A stretch of 64,000 nucleotides of DNA from Octopus sinensis (GCF_006345805.1 NC_043005.1:39804001-39868000); one strand, 5' to 3'. Shown: positions 48,883 through 63,659, numbered from the stretch's first letter. The notes: generated from the letters alone by a model not told the origin. Program-made: numbers and translations.

Positions 48883-49135
48883 GGAGGCGCGTGGCTTAGT
48901 GGTTAGGGTGTCAGCACCATGATCGTAAGATTGTGGTTTCTATTCCTGGACCGGGCGACGCGTTGTGTTCTAGAGCAAAGCACTTCATTCATGTTGCTCC
49001 AGTCCACTCAGCTGGCAAAAATGAGTAACGCTGCGATGGACTGGCGTCCCGTCCAGCTGGAGAACACATGCGCCATAGAAAGCGGGAAATCGGGCCCGTG
49101 AGCCTGGCTAGGCTTTAAAAGGGCGCATTTATTTA
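48883..49135 (+). mobile_element. Family-C-related tRNA-derived SINE
   Basis: ggaggcgcgtggcttagtggttaggg head; 3' part shared with the 38069 copy; (ATTT)n tail. Confidence 0.85.
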
Positions 49136-49498
49136 TTTATTTATTATAGATTATACATATACAAACACACAGAGAGACAGGGAGAGAGAGAGAGAGAGGG
49201 GGGGTCGATAGACAGGCAGATAGACAAAGACTGCATGCATATAAGTGTGTGCGTGTGTATGTGCGTGTGCGTGCATGTGTGTGTCGGGGGTCTTTGTGTC
49301 TGATGTGTTTGTGTCACACCACTGCGTCAGAACCAGTGTTAGTGTGTTTACGTCCCTGTAACTTATCAGTTCGATAGAATGAGTACCAGGCTTTAAAAAA
49401 AACAAATAAAGTACTGGCGTCTCTTCGCACGACTAAAATTTCCTCAAAGCGGTGCCGCAACATAGCAGCAGTCTAATAACTGGCACAAGTAAAAGGTA

Positions 49499-49902
49499 CA
49501 TATATTATGAGTTCATGTTTGTTTTGCAGAGATAAATGTCCCACTGAATCATATAGTTGAACAGATTATATATAGACTGTCGCTAAGACCTGACATATCT
49601 ATATTGATAGTCTTTCTGGCAGCATTCCCAAATATAAGGTCCAACCCCAAATTAATCTAGTACAGTCCTTAGCCATCTCCACGGTAATGAATTTAATCAT
49701 CTTTCCAATCATCTTTCCAGTGTAACATATAAAAGTTACATGATTTGACAATGCGTCTTCATTACTAGTTTCCATTATATAATTAATAATCACCTAATGT
49801 TAATAAAACGTGTGTACGTTGATGTAACTAAATATCTTATAAAACAATCTCTCATATTTTGTTTGTTCTCTCTCCCTCTCTCTCCCTTTCTTTCTCTCTC
49901 TT

Positions 49903-49967
<65 letters not shown>

Positions 49968-50790
49968 TCTCATTTATAATATGTATATATATATATATAT
50001 GTACTGAGTGAGAGAGGAGAAGAGAAAGTGATAGATAGAGAGAGATAGAGGGAGAAAGCCTTTCTCGAAACTGTGAAGAAACGTTTAGGTGTCCTGGGAT
50101 GTTTACCGGAACGGAAATATAAATATATTTCATTTATATGGATATAGTTGATATTCATATATTTTCCATCTTTTTTTTTTGTGTGTGTGTGTATGTGTGT
50201 GTGTGAATGTGTGTGTGTGAATGTGTGTGTGTGAATGTGTGTGTGTGTGTGTATACACACATACATATACATATACATTCATATACATACATACATACAT
50301 ACATACATACATACATACATACATACATACATACATACATACATACATACATACATGCATACATACATATATATATATATATATGCGTTTACGTATTTGT
50401 CTTGCAAGATTTCTGATGTGAAATCGAGTGCTGAAACAGATTTTGCTATATTTTGGGATGGTCGCATATTTTCCCAGTTAAACATACGCACTATATTCTA
50501 GGTCTTCGATTCAGCTTTATTATTAGTCTTACTTTAGTGACCTTTCTCTGAAGTCTTTCGTCATACATACTGTGACCTCTTCAGCGATTTTCATCCCCAG
50601 TGGAATACCTAAGCGAAATCATTAAAACATATACATGAATATATATTATGAATTCATGTTTGTTTAGCAGAGATAAATGTGCCACTGAATCATATAGTTG
50701 AACAGGTTATATAGACTGTCGCTAGGACCTGATATATCTACATTGATAGTCTTTCTGGCAGCATTCCCAAATATAAGGTTCAACCCCATA

Positions 50791-50795
<5 letters not shown>
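49499..50795. repeat. Local ~160-bp duplication (49499-49657 and 50640-50795)
   Basis: atattatgaRttcatgtttgtttWgcagagataaatgt...ggcagcattcccaaatataagg present twice at roughly 90% identity. Confidence 0.85.
50400..50620 (-). mobile_element. Second copy of the 14780-15060 repeat, hammerhead core retained
   Basis: Minus strand 50586-50545 reads CUGAAGA-G-GUCA(caguaugua)UGAC-GAAAG-acuuc. Confidence 0.55.
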
Positions 50796-50834
<39 letters not shown>

Positions 50835-51469
50835 ATGAATATGAATATATACATACACACACACACACACACACACATATATTATGTTCATATGTGAGTG
50901 TGCATTCATGCGTACATAACTATGTATGTATACAGTCAAAAGGTGAGAGCTATATATATATATATATATATATATACATACACACACGTCTGTGTCTGTG
51001 TAAATGTGTATATTATGTTTTGTTTTGCATTAGACGTTGCGATGTTGAATGAATAACTTATATCTGTATGGAGTGTGCATCTGAAAATATCCACAACTCC
51101 AAGCATTTAACATCTATTTTCATATTCCGTTGCTGCTGGGCGAGAACGCTGCAAAACAAATACAAAAATTAGAGAGAAAAATCGATCTTTTCTTTAAATT
51201 ATGCATGCAATGTTCTGTATTTCAAATGGAAATTGAGTTCTTCTGCCTAACTAATCAATACTTTATTAAATTGTGTAGAAAATTGAAAGAAATGATACAT
51301 TGATATATACACTTGTACCTGTTTTAGCACAAGAACTGTGGCCAAGCTAGGACGGCGCTTATATGTCTTTTGTTTGTTTTTGTTTTTGGTGGTTTTTTAG
51401 GTTTTATGATAATTTTTTTGCTACATTTTCACTAATCTCTGATTTTTCTTTGTTTTTTTACTTGCTTCA

Positions 51470-51830
51470 GTATTTGGACAGCAGCCTTGCTGGGGCACCC
51501 CTTGAAGGATTTAGTCGAACAAATCGCCCTCAGTACTTAGGTTTCTTTAAAAGTCTGGTGTTTATTCTATCAGATTCTTGCTGAACGGCTATTTGACGGG
51601 GACGTAAACAGGCTAACACCGGTTATTAAACGACGGTGGGGTACAAATACAACATAGACTCAAAGACACAAACACACACATATGATGAGCTTCTTCACCG
51701 TTTCTACCTATCAAATTCATTCACAAGGTTTTGACTGGTATTACAGAAAACATTGTTACAAGCAGTTGGACTAAATCCGAAACCACATGGTTGCAAAGCG
51801 AACTTCTTAACCATACAGCCATGTCTGCGC
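51470..51830 (-). mobile_element. Diverged family-A SINE
   Basis: ttgctggggcacccc...gacgtaaacag...gagcttcttc...aaaccacatggttgcaaagcg...accatacagccatgtctgcgc. Confidence 0.7.
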
Positions 51831-51849
51831 TTTATAGTTGGCATTTGGT

Positions 51850-52090
51850 GGCTGACGGAGTTTGATGTTGCTGCCCTCATTTATGTTTCCAGGCTGTGAT
51901 GTTGACTCTTGATCGTAGGAGATTCAGTCCTGTTCTGAAGACATCTACATCAACTCCATGTAAGTTTCTCAAGGCTTTTGAGAAGACAGTGATGAGCTGA
52001 AGGCTTTTGAATCCCAAATTTTTGCAGTATCTGGTCCTGTATTTTGATACGAAGGGCGGGACATTTTGCACAATCCAATGACTTCCAAAT
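51850..52090 (-). mobile_element. CR1-clade LINE 3' fragment
   Basis: SKYRTRYCKNLGFKSLQL..VFSKALRNLHGVDVDVFRTGLNLL resembles the CR1 ORF2 C-terminal GP.LFN.LP..LR....FK..LD region. Confidence 0.65.
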
Positions 52091-52266
52091 ATAAGTATTA
52101 TTTTACCATTTTTTTTATGATGGCTTAACTGGCCGAAACTTCGCAGTTACTGACAAAATCTATTCTGTTTGAGAATACTAAATTAGTACTCTACAAAAGT
52201 ATAGACTAACCCAACAGATTAATGTAAATTTGTTTTTATTATACGTGAACATATAAACAAACATTA

Positions 52267-52352
<86 letters not shown>

Positions 52353-55276
52353 TTATATTTATATATACATACGTAAGTAACGTAAAAGAAACTCTCAGTC
52401 CTTGAGTCACTTTTGTTACGTCAGCCTATTAAAAATAGAAAATATAATCGTTTATTGATATTCAATTATCTTGTTTATACTACCAACCCAATATGTGTGT
52501 GTGTGTGTGTGTGTGTGCTTGCGTGTGTGCGTGCGTGCATGCGTGCGTGTGTGTGTACGTGTGTGCCTGTGAGTGAGTGGGTGAATGTGTGTGTGTATGG
52601 TATATATTTTATATGTATATATTATATAGATATAATATATATATATATATATAATATAGATATATGCATGAATATATGTATATAAAAAGACTTTAAATAA
52701 ATAACTCAAATGGCTCGTTTCTTTTATTCCTCAGTATCATTTCCTTACTATGATACAGTGATCAGTCTCTTTACTACCTGGCAAAGAGAAAGAAATTAAA
52801 TAATTTTACTTCTAACAGAAACAACAACGTGTTCTCTACATAATTAGAACTATCGTATACGACCCCATGATTAAGATAAAGGATTTTTCTAATAAAGATT
52901 TGGTATTTCGTAACCAATTGATCATGTTGACGTTAAGTCTTGTTGAAAGAGGACAAGTTTGGCAAAAAACAATATGGCTTAACCGGAAACAATAATCAGA
53001 AAAACTGTTTCATATATATGTCACATATTCTCATATTATTACTATTCACGCGTTCTTTCACAAAAACTCTGAGGTCATATTTTTAAATATTTGTTGATGT
53101 TGCTATTGATATTGAGAAAAATCAATAGTAAATACTGTAAATTCTTGTAAATATTCCAGATCTATTTGTTCAACATATCTATTACTAATCAATAAAGAGG
53201 TAAACGTTCAGACGAGGCAGGAATATACGGAAGACGAGTCAGTAGTCAGTTATAGCTAGAGGAAACGGCAATTGTTCCAAAGAAATAACTGGCCGAACCA
53301 GAAAGCCAGGCTGTTGCTGGGTTCGATATATTATTCGTTGATCTGAATTGAAATTCCGTTGAGGTCATTTTTGCCTTTCCACGTTCCGAGTATAATATGA
53401 GTAACTGTAACTTGCCTTCCTTAGACGCCCGACTCCATAGAAGTGGCAGGACTGCCGTTGTGACATAAGGTATATTTCTTTGGTAAGGAGGTGCGCTTTT
53501 AGAAAATCAGGGAAATAGGTGAATCAAAGAATAAACTTCAGTAGAAGACTGGCAGTACATTTATCGACAATGAAACGATAGAAGTGAAGGCGCTTGGTTA
53601 GGATATTGCACTCACACACGCAAGATCATTGCTTCGATTCCTTGACTGAATGAGATGTTGTGATCTCGATTAAAACACTTCATATCACGTTGTACTTACC
53701 CACTCATTTGAAAATGAGTAACCTTGTAATAAACTGGTGTCCCTTTCAGAGGTACACAGTGTACCAAGCGTCAAGTGCCGAAATGATCGCAGAGCAACGT
53801 GAAATGAAGTGTTTTTGTCCAAGAACACAACGTAACACCCGGCCTAAGAATCGAAACCATAATCTCACGATCCTAAGTGCAACATCCTAATCATTAGGCC
53901 TAACAACAACAATAATAATAATAATAATAATAATAATGATGATGACAACGACGACGACGACGACGATGATGATGATCCGTAACGAATAACAAACATGACG
54001 TGCGTGTACGTGCGAGCTCTCTGCGAAGTAAGATTAAATCTGTGATCATTAGCAAACAGGATTTAAGAAACAGCAAAAAAATATGAAAGAAAATTGTTTC
54101 TTACTGTAAATCATTTGAGGACGCCGAAATATTTCTCTCTTTATGAAAGAAACATAGTTACTGTCAGGCACGTTGTCACAGAAAGACAAGAGTGTGAAAA
54201 TGTAAACAACACGCGGAGATGCGATTTGCCTCTACAAAAATTGAAGCAATACGCGAGAATGCGACATCGTTACAGGAAGAAAAAAAAACTGTGCATACAA
54301 ATAATCGTATATGCAGTTTCATTTCTACACAAATACACATAAAAGTAATGCTTATATGATTCACACATGTACCCGTTTATTTCGTACATAAACAAGACAA
54401 CGAAGAACACACAGTATAGGTGCAGGATTGGCTGTGTGGTAAGTAGCTTGCTTACCAACCACATGGTTCCGGGTTCATTCCCACTGCGTGGCACCTTGGG
54501 CAATATTAAAGAACACAAGGACTCGAGTTCTGTCCTACTTGATGGTATTTTTACTTTTATCATAACCTCTGGTTGACTCAAGCCATTGTAATTTAAATAA
54601 GTTATACGGAAACTGTGTGGAAGTCGGTTGGATAGATTGTACCTGTGATTTAAAGGCTCCTGTAAATTAAAACCGTGTCTATTCCATCCGTGAATTACGT
54701 TCAGGATACATGCATTTGTGGAATACTCAGCCACTTACACGCTAATTCGACGATCAGGCTGTTAAATTGATCAAACAACTGAATACTCATCGTCGAAACG
54801 GACGGTGATCCATTTTATTCTATCCTTAAATTATTTAGTTTTGTGCTAATGTGAGATATCATTTATTAATGAGTTTCGGTTCGATTATATTTCCTATGAT
54901 TTTAGAAGAAGGAGAACGTGAATGAAACAATTTCCTATATTATTTCCCTAATATTCTCAATCTAGATTTTTATTAGGCGTAAAATATGTTATTATTACTG
55001 AAATCTGATTGATTAAATTGATTATGGCTTCTCAACTAAAACAAAAGATTTTGTGTCTCGATGAAAGAGTTGTTTAGATGTCATAGATTATAGATGAGGA
55101 CCACCTTAAGGCCTAAAACGTTTAGCTGACTTACTCGCTCCCACAGGCAGATATTTTTTCACCCATCCATGATTGACAGAATAAGTAGAACAGGTGATAC
55201 ACGATCAGTGATTATGCACATTTGCATGTAAAATAGAGGAATGAAAATATATTATCACCATTATAGTTACAGGGAA

Positions 55277-55660
55277 GGTGGTGAGCTGGCAGAAGCGTTA
55301 GCACACCAGGCAAAATACTTAGCGGTACTTCGTCTGCCGCTACTTTCTGAGTTCAAATTCCGCCGAGGTCGACTTTGCCTTTCATCCTTTCGGGGTCGAT
55401 TAAATAAGTACCTGTTATGCACTGGGGTTGATATAATCGACTTAATCCGTTTGTCTGTCCTTGTTTGTCCTCTCTGTGTTTGTCCCCTTGTGGGTAGTAA
55501 AGAAATAGGTATTTCGCCCGTCTTAACGTTCTGAGTTAAAATTCCGCCGAAGTTGGCTTTGCCTTTCACCCTTTCGAAGTCGATAAAATAAGTAGCAATC
55601 AAACACTGATATCGATGTAACTGACTAGCCCCACCTATCACCACATGTATTTCAGACCTT
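55277..55660 (+). mobile_element. Dimeric family-B SINE
   Basis: Head ggtggtgagctggcagaa; a second unit restarts at aaagaaataggtatttcg (~55500), as in the 7525 copy. Confidence 0.85.
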
Positions 55661-56663
55661 GTACTTATAGAAGAAGACGTTATCATTATAGCTAGTGGGT
55701 GTAGAATGGCAGAATTAAGCAGCAAAATGGTTTTCGGTATTTAATAAGGGCGAGTCTCTCCGACATGTTACCTTCATAGTTTCCACCAGCCTGTTTTAAG
55801 TCACAATACTTGGATCGATTCGAATGAAACTGAAGGATCGGAAACTACGAGGAAACTCATCTGATAACCTGTAGCTGTTCTTGGTTGGTAGACTTAACTG
55901 CCGTCAAGATTAACACCATCACTTGATCTGTGTAAGTTTTTAGCGCAGTCCACTCTGATGCGAACTGGGAAAAACTTAGTATTGAATATTGCTGCTTCTT
56001 ATTGCCACAACTCAGATCCTTGGTTCCTACCTCTATTTCTCACACCAGTCTTTGAAGTCAGACAAAAAATATTATGATACTGCGGCTCCATACAAAACCT
56101 TCCTTCTTCTTATGTTTAAATTATGCCTAGTCGACTTTGCTTTTTATCTTTCCGCAAGCAATAAGAGTAAATACCAGTTAAGGATTAGAGTCAATGCAAT
56201 CGACTATCATACTAAAATAAGTGTCCTTGTGCTTGTGTTAAAAAAATACTTCATCATTGTGATGTTTCTTTGAATGTTTTGTTGTTTTATTAGTAACGTC
56301 TCTGACAACTTAAGTGAAAACATTGAAAACAATGAAAAATATGATATACCAGTCAGTAACACGCCGTGAGCAGTAACTACACAGCTGCCATTGTTTGTTG
56401 CCTATGTGATAGTAATTGTAGGGTAGTGAAGACTGAATAATAAGGAAGCCACAAACAGAAGAGTTTAGAAAGCATATTAGGTGCGCATGCGTGGTTCTGA
56501 GGTTAAGAAGTATGTATCGATACCACGTGTATCGAGTTTGATCCCGTTATGTGGATTCTTTGACATGTGTTCTACCAGAGCTTAGGATTCTCCAATGCTT
56601 TGTGAATGAAATTTCATAGATGAAAATTGAGGAAGCCTGTTGTATACAGACAGACCGACAGAC

Positions 56664-56734
<71 letters not shown>

Positions 56735-58689
56735 TCGCATTGTATTTGATAAAGAATATTTTTTTTTAATGTATTGCCCTCGATTCACATATGTAGAGTG
56801 ATATATATTTTGGTACAGTTTTATGAAGCACAGATCATTTATTGTGGTTACTAAAAGTTTTTTTTACAATTCTTGTTTATTCAATAATATTTTGAAAAAA
56901 ATACTTTGGAAAATAAATCGTTTCTGCTTCCGTTAAGGTGTATAACTCTTCGATTGTACAAATATTCATCTTCCCTTAATAGTGCAATGAGTTTCAAATG
57001 TTAATAGCGGAAAAAATTTTTAAAAAGAGAAAACGGATAAATCGAAGATAGAAAAATAAGAACCGGAATTGAACAAATATAGACTTAAATGAGATCAATA
57101 ATTGAAGGGGAAGGAGTAGTGAACGTAATAACAAAGAGGAAAGGAAGGAATGACAAGAACGAGCAGGGAAATGAATAATAATGAAAAACGAAACCAGAAA
57201 ATGTTGCTAGGTTTCGTGAGATGAGAGATTATAAGGTCGAATAATTTGACGTTTGAGAACGGAAGTGTTCAGCAATACAAGAACCTAATTTCACGGGAGG
57301 CTATGTTTGCATTACTTGGACCTGCCGTCCACAAAGACATTCAAACATAGTGCTCTTGAACTATTGCAGTTAGTCATAAGACATAATAGTAAGTGTCATG
57401 CTTTTGTTTTGTTTGAAGGGGTCTATGTAGCCGCGGCGAGTGGACATAGACATCCTCCAGACTCTTCCATCTTTGAGTGGAACATCTAGAATGTGATAGC
57501 CTGAGTGAGAGAGAGAGAGAGAAAGAGAGAGGGTGGAGGTATGCTCCAACTCTAGACCGGGAACCATTTTAGGTGAAAAGACTGGAGCAGCATCAGGTAA
57601 AATGCCTTGCACAAGAAAACAACGCACCGCCCAGTTTATGAATCGAACCTGCGAGCTTATGATTGTGATCCCAATATCCTAACCACTAGACTACACGCCT
57701 TCGTATCAAAACTCCTGAAGATGAGGATGAAAGGCAGAAATGCTACATTACCAGTTCTGCAGCCTAATGATTAGGTTTCCTCTTCATGTCCACAAAATAC
57801 TCCCTTATAAGCTGATAACCCTCTACTAATCTTATGAGCAATTATTAATGACAGTGCTGAACACATCTGAGGGATGGTTCTGAAGTTACAAACACAGACG
57901 CCTGAAACAACCTTGATGCAGCTAAAAGATGTTTCAACTCAACTGATAAGTAAATATTTACTCACCATAACAGAACACTACAGCTATTGATTCACAGTCT
58001 TGCTGTTTATTCTTGCTAACTCGTTTACCAATAACATATCGCTTTTCGTTTGAATTAACAGGTTGCCTACACTGTTTGCCCTACTCCACCGACGTAGCTA
58101 TCTCTTCTTATGAACCCTTCGCTTCCTTGTCCCTCATCCCGTATCCTGGACTAAATCCACCATTCATTTCCCTCAGGTTTTCCTCCTTTAATTGCGTTTA
58201 TTTACTTTATTTTCTTTTTTCCTATCAAATTTCAAACTGAACATTAAACCGAAATATGTTACCTACTTTCGAGGGTCTAAAATGTCAAAAACGCAGTATT
58301 TCCTGCAAATAGCTAAGTTATTATCAAACAAAAGAGAAGCGAAAAACAGAAAAGTGCGGCAACATCAAACAGGGAACAAACGAAGATAAGACGATGGTTA
58401 AACTGCAAAAGGTATATAGCATTGAGTCGGAGCCTGACAGCTCACATCACCAAAACTACTAAGACTCAAGCACAGCAAAATATCCGCCTCACCAGTACAG
58501 ATATCCTTCCTACTTCAAAGGTTTCTAAATGGAAAGAAGATATATCGTACTTACAAGTGTGTAAGTGGCACCCCTAATTTAGTGTTCAATCTTGGTAGAA
58601 AAGGTTTCGTGGCCGTTTTTTGAAACATAGGTCTGAGGATTAAAATTTTTATATTAAATGCCCAAAGTTATATCTAACTTGCAATATAT

Positions 58690-58845
58690 TATTATTTGGC
58701 CAAAAGTTTGGAATATAGGTCTGATTTTTTTTCTAGATGTTGAAACATTGGATCAGCTATTATATATGTATTTGAATCGAATTGTACTTGGACATTACAA
58801 TTTTAATTTTTAAAAGAATGTTCCAAACTTTTGGCAACGACTGTA
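58690..58845. mobile_element. Small Tc1-like MITE remnant
   Basis: ttggccaaaagtttggaa (58696-58713) is inverted relative to ttccaaacttttggcaacgactg-TA (58821-58845); this resembles a Tc1 CAGT..GCCAAAAGTTT TIR. Confidence 0.5.
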
Positions 58846-59604
58846 GTTCTAGCCTTGCCCCGTATGTAAGTCACACCCTAGATTTTTGGGGGCTTTTTGT
58901 TGTTTTTTTTTTCAGTTAAAATCAAGTATAGAATAGTTCTACATATACACGAGGCACACACTAACAAAACACACTCCCAGCAACCTCTGTCTCGGGCAGC
59001 AAGTCAGCTACGAAACATTTACATCCGGTGTGTAAGGGGTTCTAAAAGGTGGAAACTGATCCCAAGAAAGGTTCTCTCGACATATTGATCTCGAGAAGGG
59101 TCAATAAAAGCAGTAGCTGTCATGAACTATGATTGGTTCAGATCTTTCGTTTTCGCTTATAGAGATTGAACATATATCAAATCAAATCGATATCTGACAA
59201 TCGTATTTCTCCACCCACTATCGATGAACCCAAAGCCTTTTCAATAATAAATCGAAATTTACTGGACAATACCCATCGCTATTGATTGCGCCTTTCATAT
59301 CGATTGTTAATCGATCAAATAAGTACTTGTAGTTGCTGTTGTTACTGTTTTTGTCCTTTTTACTGTTGTTGTCGCTGTTGATGTTGTTATTGCTGCTGCT
59401 GTTGTAGCTGTTGTGACTGTTCTTGTTGTTTTGGTGCAACTACTGTTGTGCTGTTGTTGCTTTGGTGCTATTGGTGTTGTTGTTGTTGCTGCTGCTGGTG
59501 CTGCTGCTGGTGCTGCTGCTGTTGTTAACGCGAAATCAAACTTGATTAAATAGATCTGTAATCAAAGGAACTCCACATATTAGCTTTTATTTTATACTTG
59601 CTTC

Positions 59605-59708
59605 AGTTATTAGACTGCGCCCATGTTGGGGCATCGCCTTGAAACATCTGTAGTCGAGTGAACACACCAACACCGACTGTCAAGCGGTGGTGGAGGACAA
59701 GCATGCGT

Positions 59709-59792
<84 letters not shown>

Positions 59793-59890
59793 GACAGGCT
59801 TCTTTCAGTTTCCGTCTGCCAAAACCACTTACAAGGCTTTGGAGTGCCTGAGGCTATTAGTCGAAGACTCTTGGCCAAGGTACCACACAA
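59605..59890 (-). mobile_element. Family-A SINE lacking its head
   Basis: ggcttctttcagtttccgtctgcc...ttggccaagg; tail tgcttcagttattagactgcg. Confidence 0.75.
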
Positions 59891-59907
59891 CAACGCCTAT
59901 CCATCTT

Positions 59908-59943
<36 letters not shown>

Positions 59944-59966
59944 GTGTGTGTGTGTGTGTGTGTACA

Positions 59967-60002
<36 letters not shown>

Positions 60003-60056
60003 TGTATGTATGTATGTATGTATGTATGTATGCATGTGTGTATGTATGTATGTATG

Positions 60057-60088
<32 letters not shown>

Positions 60089-60114
60089 CATGTATGTATG
60101 TATGTATATGTGCT

Positions 60115-60666
60115 GATTTGTATGCTTTGCTTTATGTATGTATTCTCATGCATATAGATGCATATCTAAACATACTCATATGTATATTTAAATGCTAAAC
60201 TTCAGGAAAGTTCTACAAATTTTTACAGTTCATGTGATGGATTGGAGCTGTAGTCTTCGAATTAGCTTTCTCCTTTCTGGTTTTGAGAAGCCTAATTTCT
60301 CAAGATCGGTATTTAAGCAGTGTGTTATATATCCCAGGGTCCAAATAATTGCAGATATAGACCTGAACTTGTAATCTGAATAGAGTTGCTGCAGATTTCT
60401 CAATAGTCCATCATAGGTGTTCCCTTTTTCATAGATTGTCAGCTTTATGTTAACATCCGCTGGGCAGCTAATTTCCAGAAGTGTGCACAGTTTCTCTTCT
60501 CTATCCCAAATCATTATATCAGATCTGTTGTGCTTACGTTTTATTGAGATCTTCACTGGGACATTCCACCAGTACTCCTTTTTATTCTGAGTGGCTATGG
60601 CTTCTTTGTCTTCGGGGTTATCCTTCCAACGGATTTCATTATAGTGTCCTAGCTACATCATGTCTC
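60115..60666 (-). mobile_element. R4-like RLE retrotransposon 3' fragment embedded in (TACA)n
   Basis: RHDVARTL..EIR...KEYWWNVPVK...HNRSDIMIWDREEKLCTLLEISCPAD..I...EK..Y..L......I...LGY...TVKICRTF: RHD plus PD-(D/E)xK-type endonuclease. (TATG)n flanks both sides. Confidence 0.85.
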
Positions 60667-60745
60667 ATGTATGTATGTATGTATGTATGTATGTATGTAT
60701 GTATGTATGTATGTATGTATGTATGTATGCATGTATGCATGTATG

Positions 60746-60779
<34 letters not shown>

Positions 60780-61799
60780 TGTATGTATTATGTATGTATG
60801 TATGTATGTATGCATGCATGTATGTATGTATGTATGTATGTATGTATGTATGAATGTCGTTCCTATTATGCATAAGTGTCGTAAGTACAAAACGTTGCTT
60901 TTTCAAAAGACGTAAAAATAGTTTCACCTTTCCATTTTCTTTTTACATTAGCAACATTTTCAGCTTAACAATAATACTTTGTTGGGTGCGTAAAATCGTA
61001 ACTCCATGCATGTATGATATTTTCAGTCAGAAATATTTTTGCAAAACTGTCGTATGTGGGACTTTTGACAAATGCTAAACTACACTTTAGCAATTTTCAT
61101 ATCTTGGCATCTGAAGCAGCTGGGGATACGATAGCGTGATCAGAAGAACCGGCTATTGCAAGCAAAATTAGATATTGAAAACAAAAATGCATTTGGCCAA
61201 ATTTGGGCAAACGGCAGTTTCACATAATAGCAACATGTATGCATATATATATATAAATATATAGAGAGAGAGAGAGAGAGAGAGAGTGAGAGAGAGAGAG
61301 AAAGAGAGATTTGTATATGTATATGTGTATACATATGTACATATTCATTTATTGTCATTCATGAATAATGTATGCCATACTACATTACCTAATGTGTTCT
61401 CTTTTGAAGACAATGATTTGCAATTCAAGAAAGATTTAACTGCTATTAATAGCAAATCAAACAACCACATAGTGGCACACTCAGTTTCGAAATTTTTAGC
61501 AGTAAGAAAAGAAAAAAGGAGAGCAACAATCAAGATCATTTTTTTTTTTTTCAAAACATAGCCTCTCCCACTCTTGCAATAATTGACCTTGTACCTAATC
61601 AGGATCAATCAATAATTATCGAACACTTCATTATTCACATTGTATTTTGTCTTTCCTAGTGCAACATGCATTTTCGTGACCAATTGAAATTATTAAAAGG
61701 AATCTTAGTGCCTGTGAGTGTTCAGGTATTTATATATTTATTATACAATACACAGAGACTTTGCACATTCAACGTGGTTTACAGTCGTCGTTAGGTGGC

Positions 61800-62125
61800 A
61801 GAAATACATTCGGGAAACATTAAACATTGACTAGCCTGGTATCTTTGTCGTCTTTGCCTTTTAGTTGTTTCAGTTATTGGACTGCGACCATCCCGGTTGT
61901 CAAGCAGTGGAATAAGCACATACACATACTCACACCCATCCACAACCCCCCCCCACACACACATACACACAGACACACGCATACGCATACAACGAGCTTT
62001 CACACATTTTCCGCCTACTAGGATATACTCACGGGGCTATAGTAGAAGACACGTGTCCCCAGGGTGCTGTGCTTTAGGACCGAACCTGAAACCACGTGGC
62101 TCTTAGCCACATAGTCATGTTTATG
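61800..62125 (-). mobile_element. Diverged family-A SINE
   Basis: ttgtttcagttattggactgcg...ggctatagtagaagacac...aaccacgtgg...ccacatagtc. Confidence 0.7.
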
Positions 62126-62169
62126 CCTCCGGACAGTAAATTTTACAAGGTTGATAGATGCTAACAAAT

Positions 62170-62201
<32 letters not shown>

Positions 62202-62439
62202 TAGTAGTAGTAGTAGTAGTAGTGGTGGTTGTGGTGCTGCTGCTGCCTCTGGCGGCAGTGGCGGTGGCGGTATTGTTCGAATGCTTTGCCGTGCATCACC
62301 AAATTCTTACAAACAGATTTCCCTGCCTGAACAGCTCTGGATGTCGAAATAGAAATGTCGACGTCTTTATATTATATTTCAGCCTCACTGAATTCAACTG
62401 AAAAGAATCTATCAGAAAATCGAATTTTCTCTACCACCA

Positions 62440-62529
62440 CCGATATATACATACATACACACTTATATACGTGTATATATATATATATATATATATGAAA
62501 TTATGTAAGTATGTCTGTATGTATGTATG

Positions 62530-62584
<55 letters not shown>

Positions 62585-62690
62585 ATATATATATATATAT
62601 ATATACATATATATACATATATATATACATATATATATACATATATATATACATATATATATACATATATATATATACATATATATATAG

Positions 62691-62760
<70 letters not shown>

Positions 62761-63070
62761 GTATGTATATATATATGTATATATATATATGTGTGTGTGT
62801 ATATATATATATATATCCACACTCATAGATATATATATACACACACAAACACACATACATCTAAGTACTTATATATGTATATATATATATATATGTATAT
62901 ATATGTGTGTATATATGTATATATATATATATCTATATATATATATATATATTATATATATAATATATATATATATTATATATATATTATATATATATAT
63001 GCGTGTGTATATGTATTTATATACATACCCATATATACGTGTATATAAGTATGTATGTGTATATATGAAT
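62440..63070. repeat. Long (TA)n/(TACA)n microsatellite block
   Basis: Directly visible. Confidence 0.95.
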
Positions 63071-63149
63071 GAATGTATAGGCGAGTCGGCAGCATCGTTA
63101 GAACGCCCGTCGAACCATCGTGCAATATATATACCACCACTTTGCGTCC

Positions 63150-63450
63150 TATGATCAACTCTCGCCTACATGTAATTTACCATTCAACCTACCACGGTCA
63201 ATAAATTTACTATCAGTTCTATCGCAATGTACTAGTGGAATTGTGAGAACATCAAACAAGCAACTTTGTTGCATTTGGTCCCTCTCTTTGCTTCCTGAAT
63301 TCAAATCTTCCCATGACCTGCAGGAGTACAAAACTTAATTCATTGCCTGGTTCAACACCACCACCGAGCGTCTTGGATCTCTTCAAGGGATTTCACTCTG
63401 TTGCGATCATTTGAACCGGCTCCCTAGTTTGCAAATTCATCTCTCCCTCC
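63150..63450 (+). mobile_element. Possible CR1/L2-type LINE 3' remnant
   Basis: Weak: ...PEFKSSHDLQEYKT resembles the P.SYDLQ.FK C-terminal motif. Confidence 0.35.
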
Positions 63451-63659
63451 AATCCGCCATTCTAGGAGGCCATATAATGAGTCATGCACAGTGCCTTTAC
63501 TCTTGGCGAAGAATGTGTGTGTGACTGTGTGTATATGTGTGAGTATGTGGTCTAGTGTAAGGACCTTGTACTGCCCATAGAAGTCATATTATCGATCTAA
63601 ATATTATTTCAAAGTTTGCAGAAGGCCAGCAATTTTAGGAGGAGAGGGTCTGCAGCGAC

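Noticed and set aside
58318-58560. ~80-codon stop-free frame ending at a GTAAGT donor
   Set aside because: No recognisable domain and no clear acceptor; expected by chance in 64 kb.
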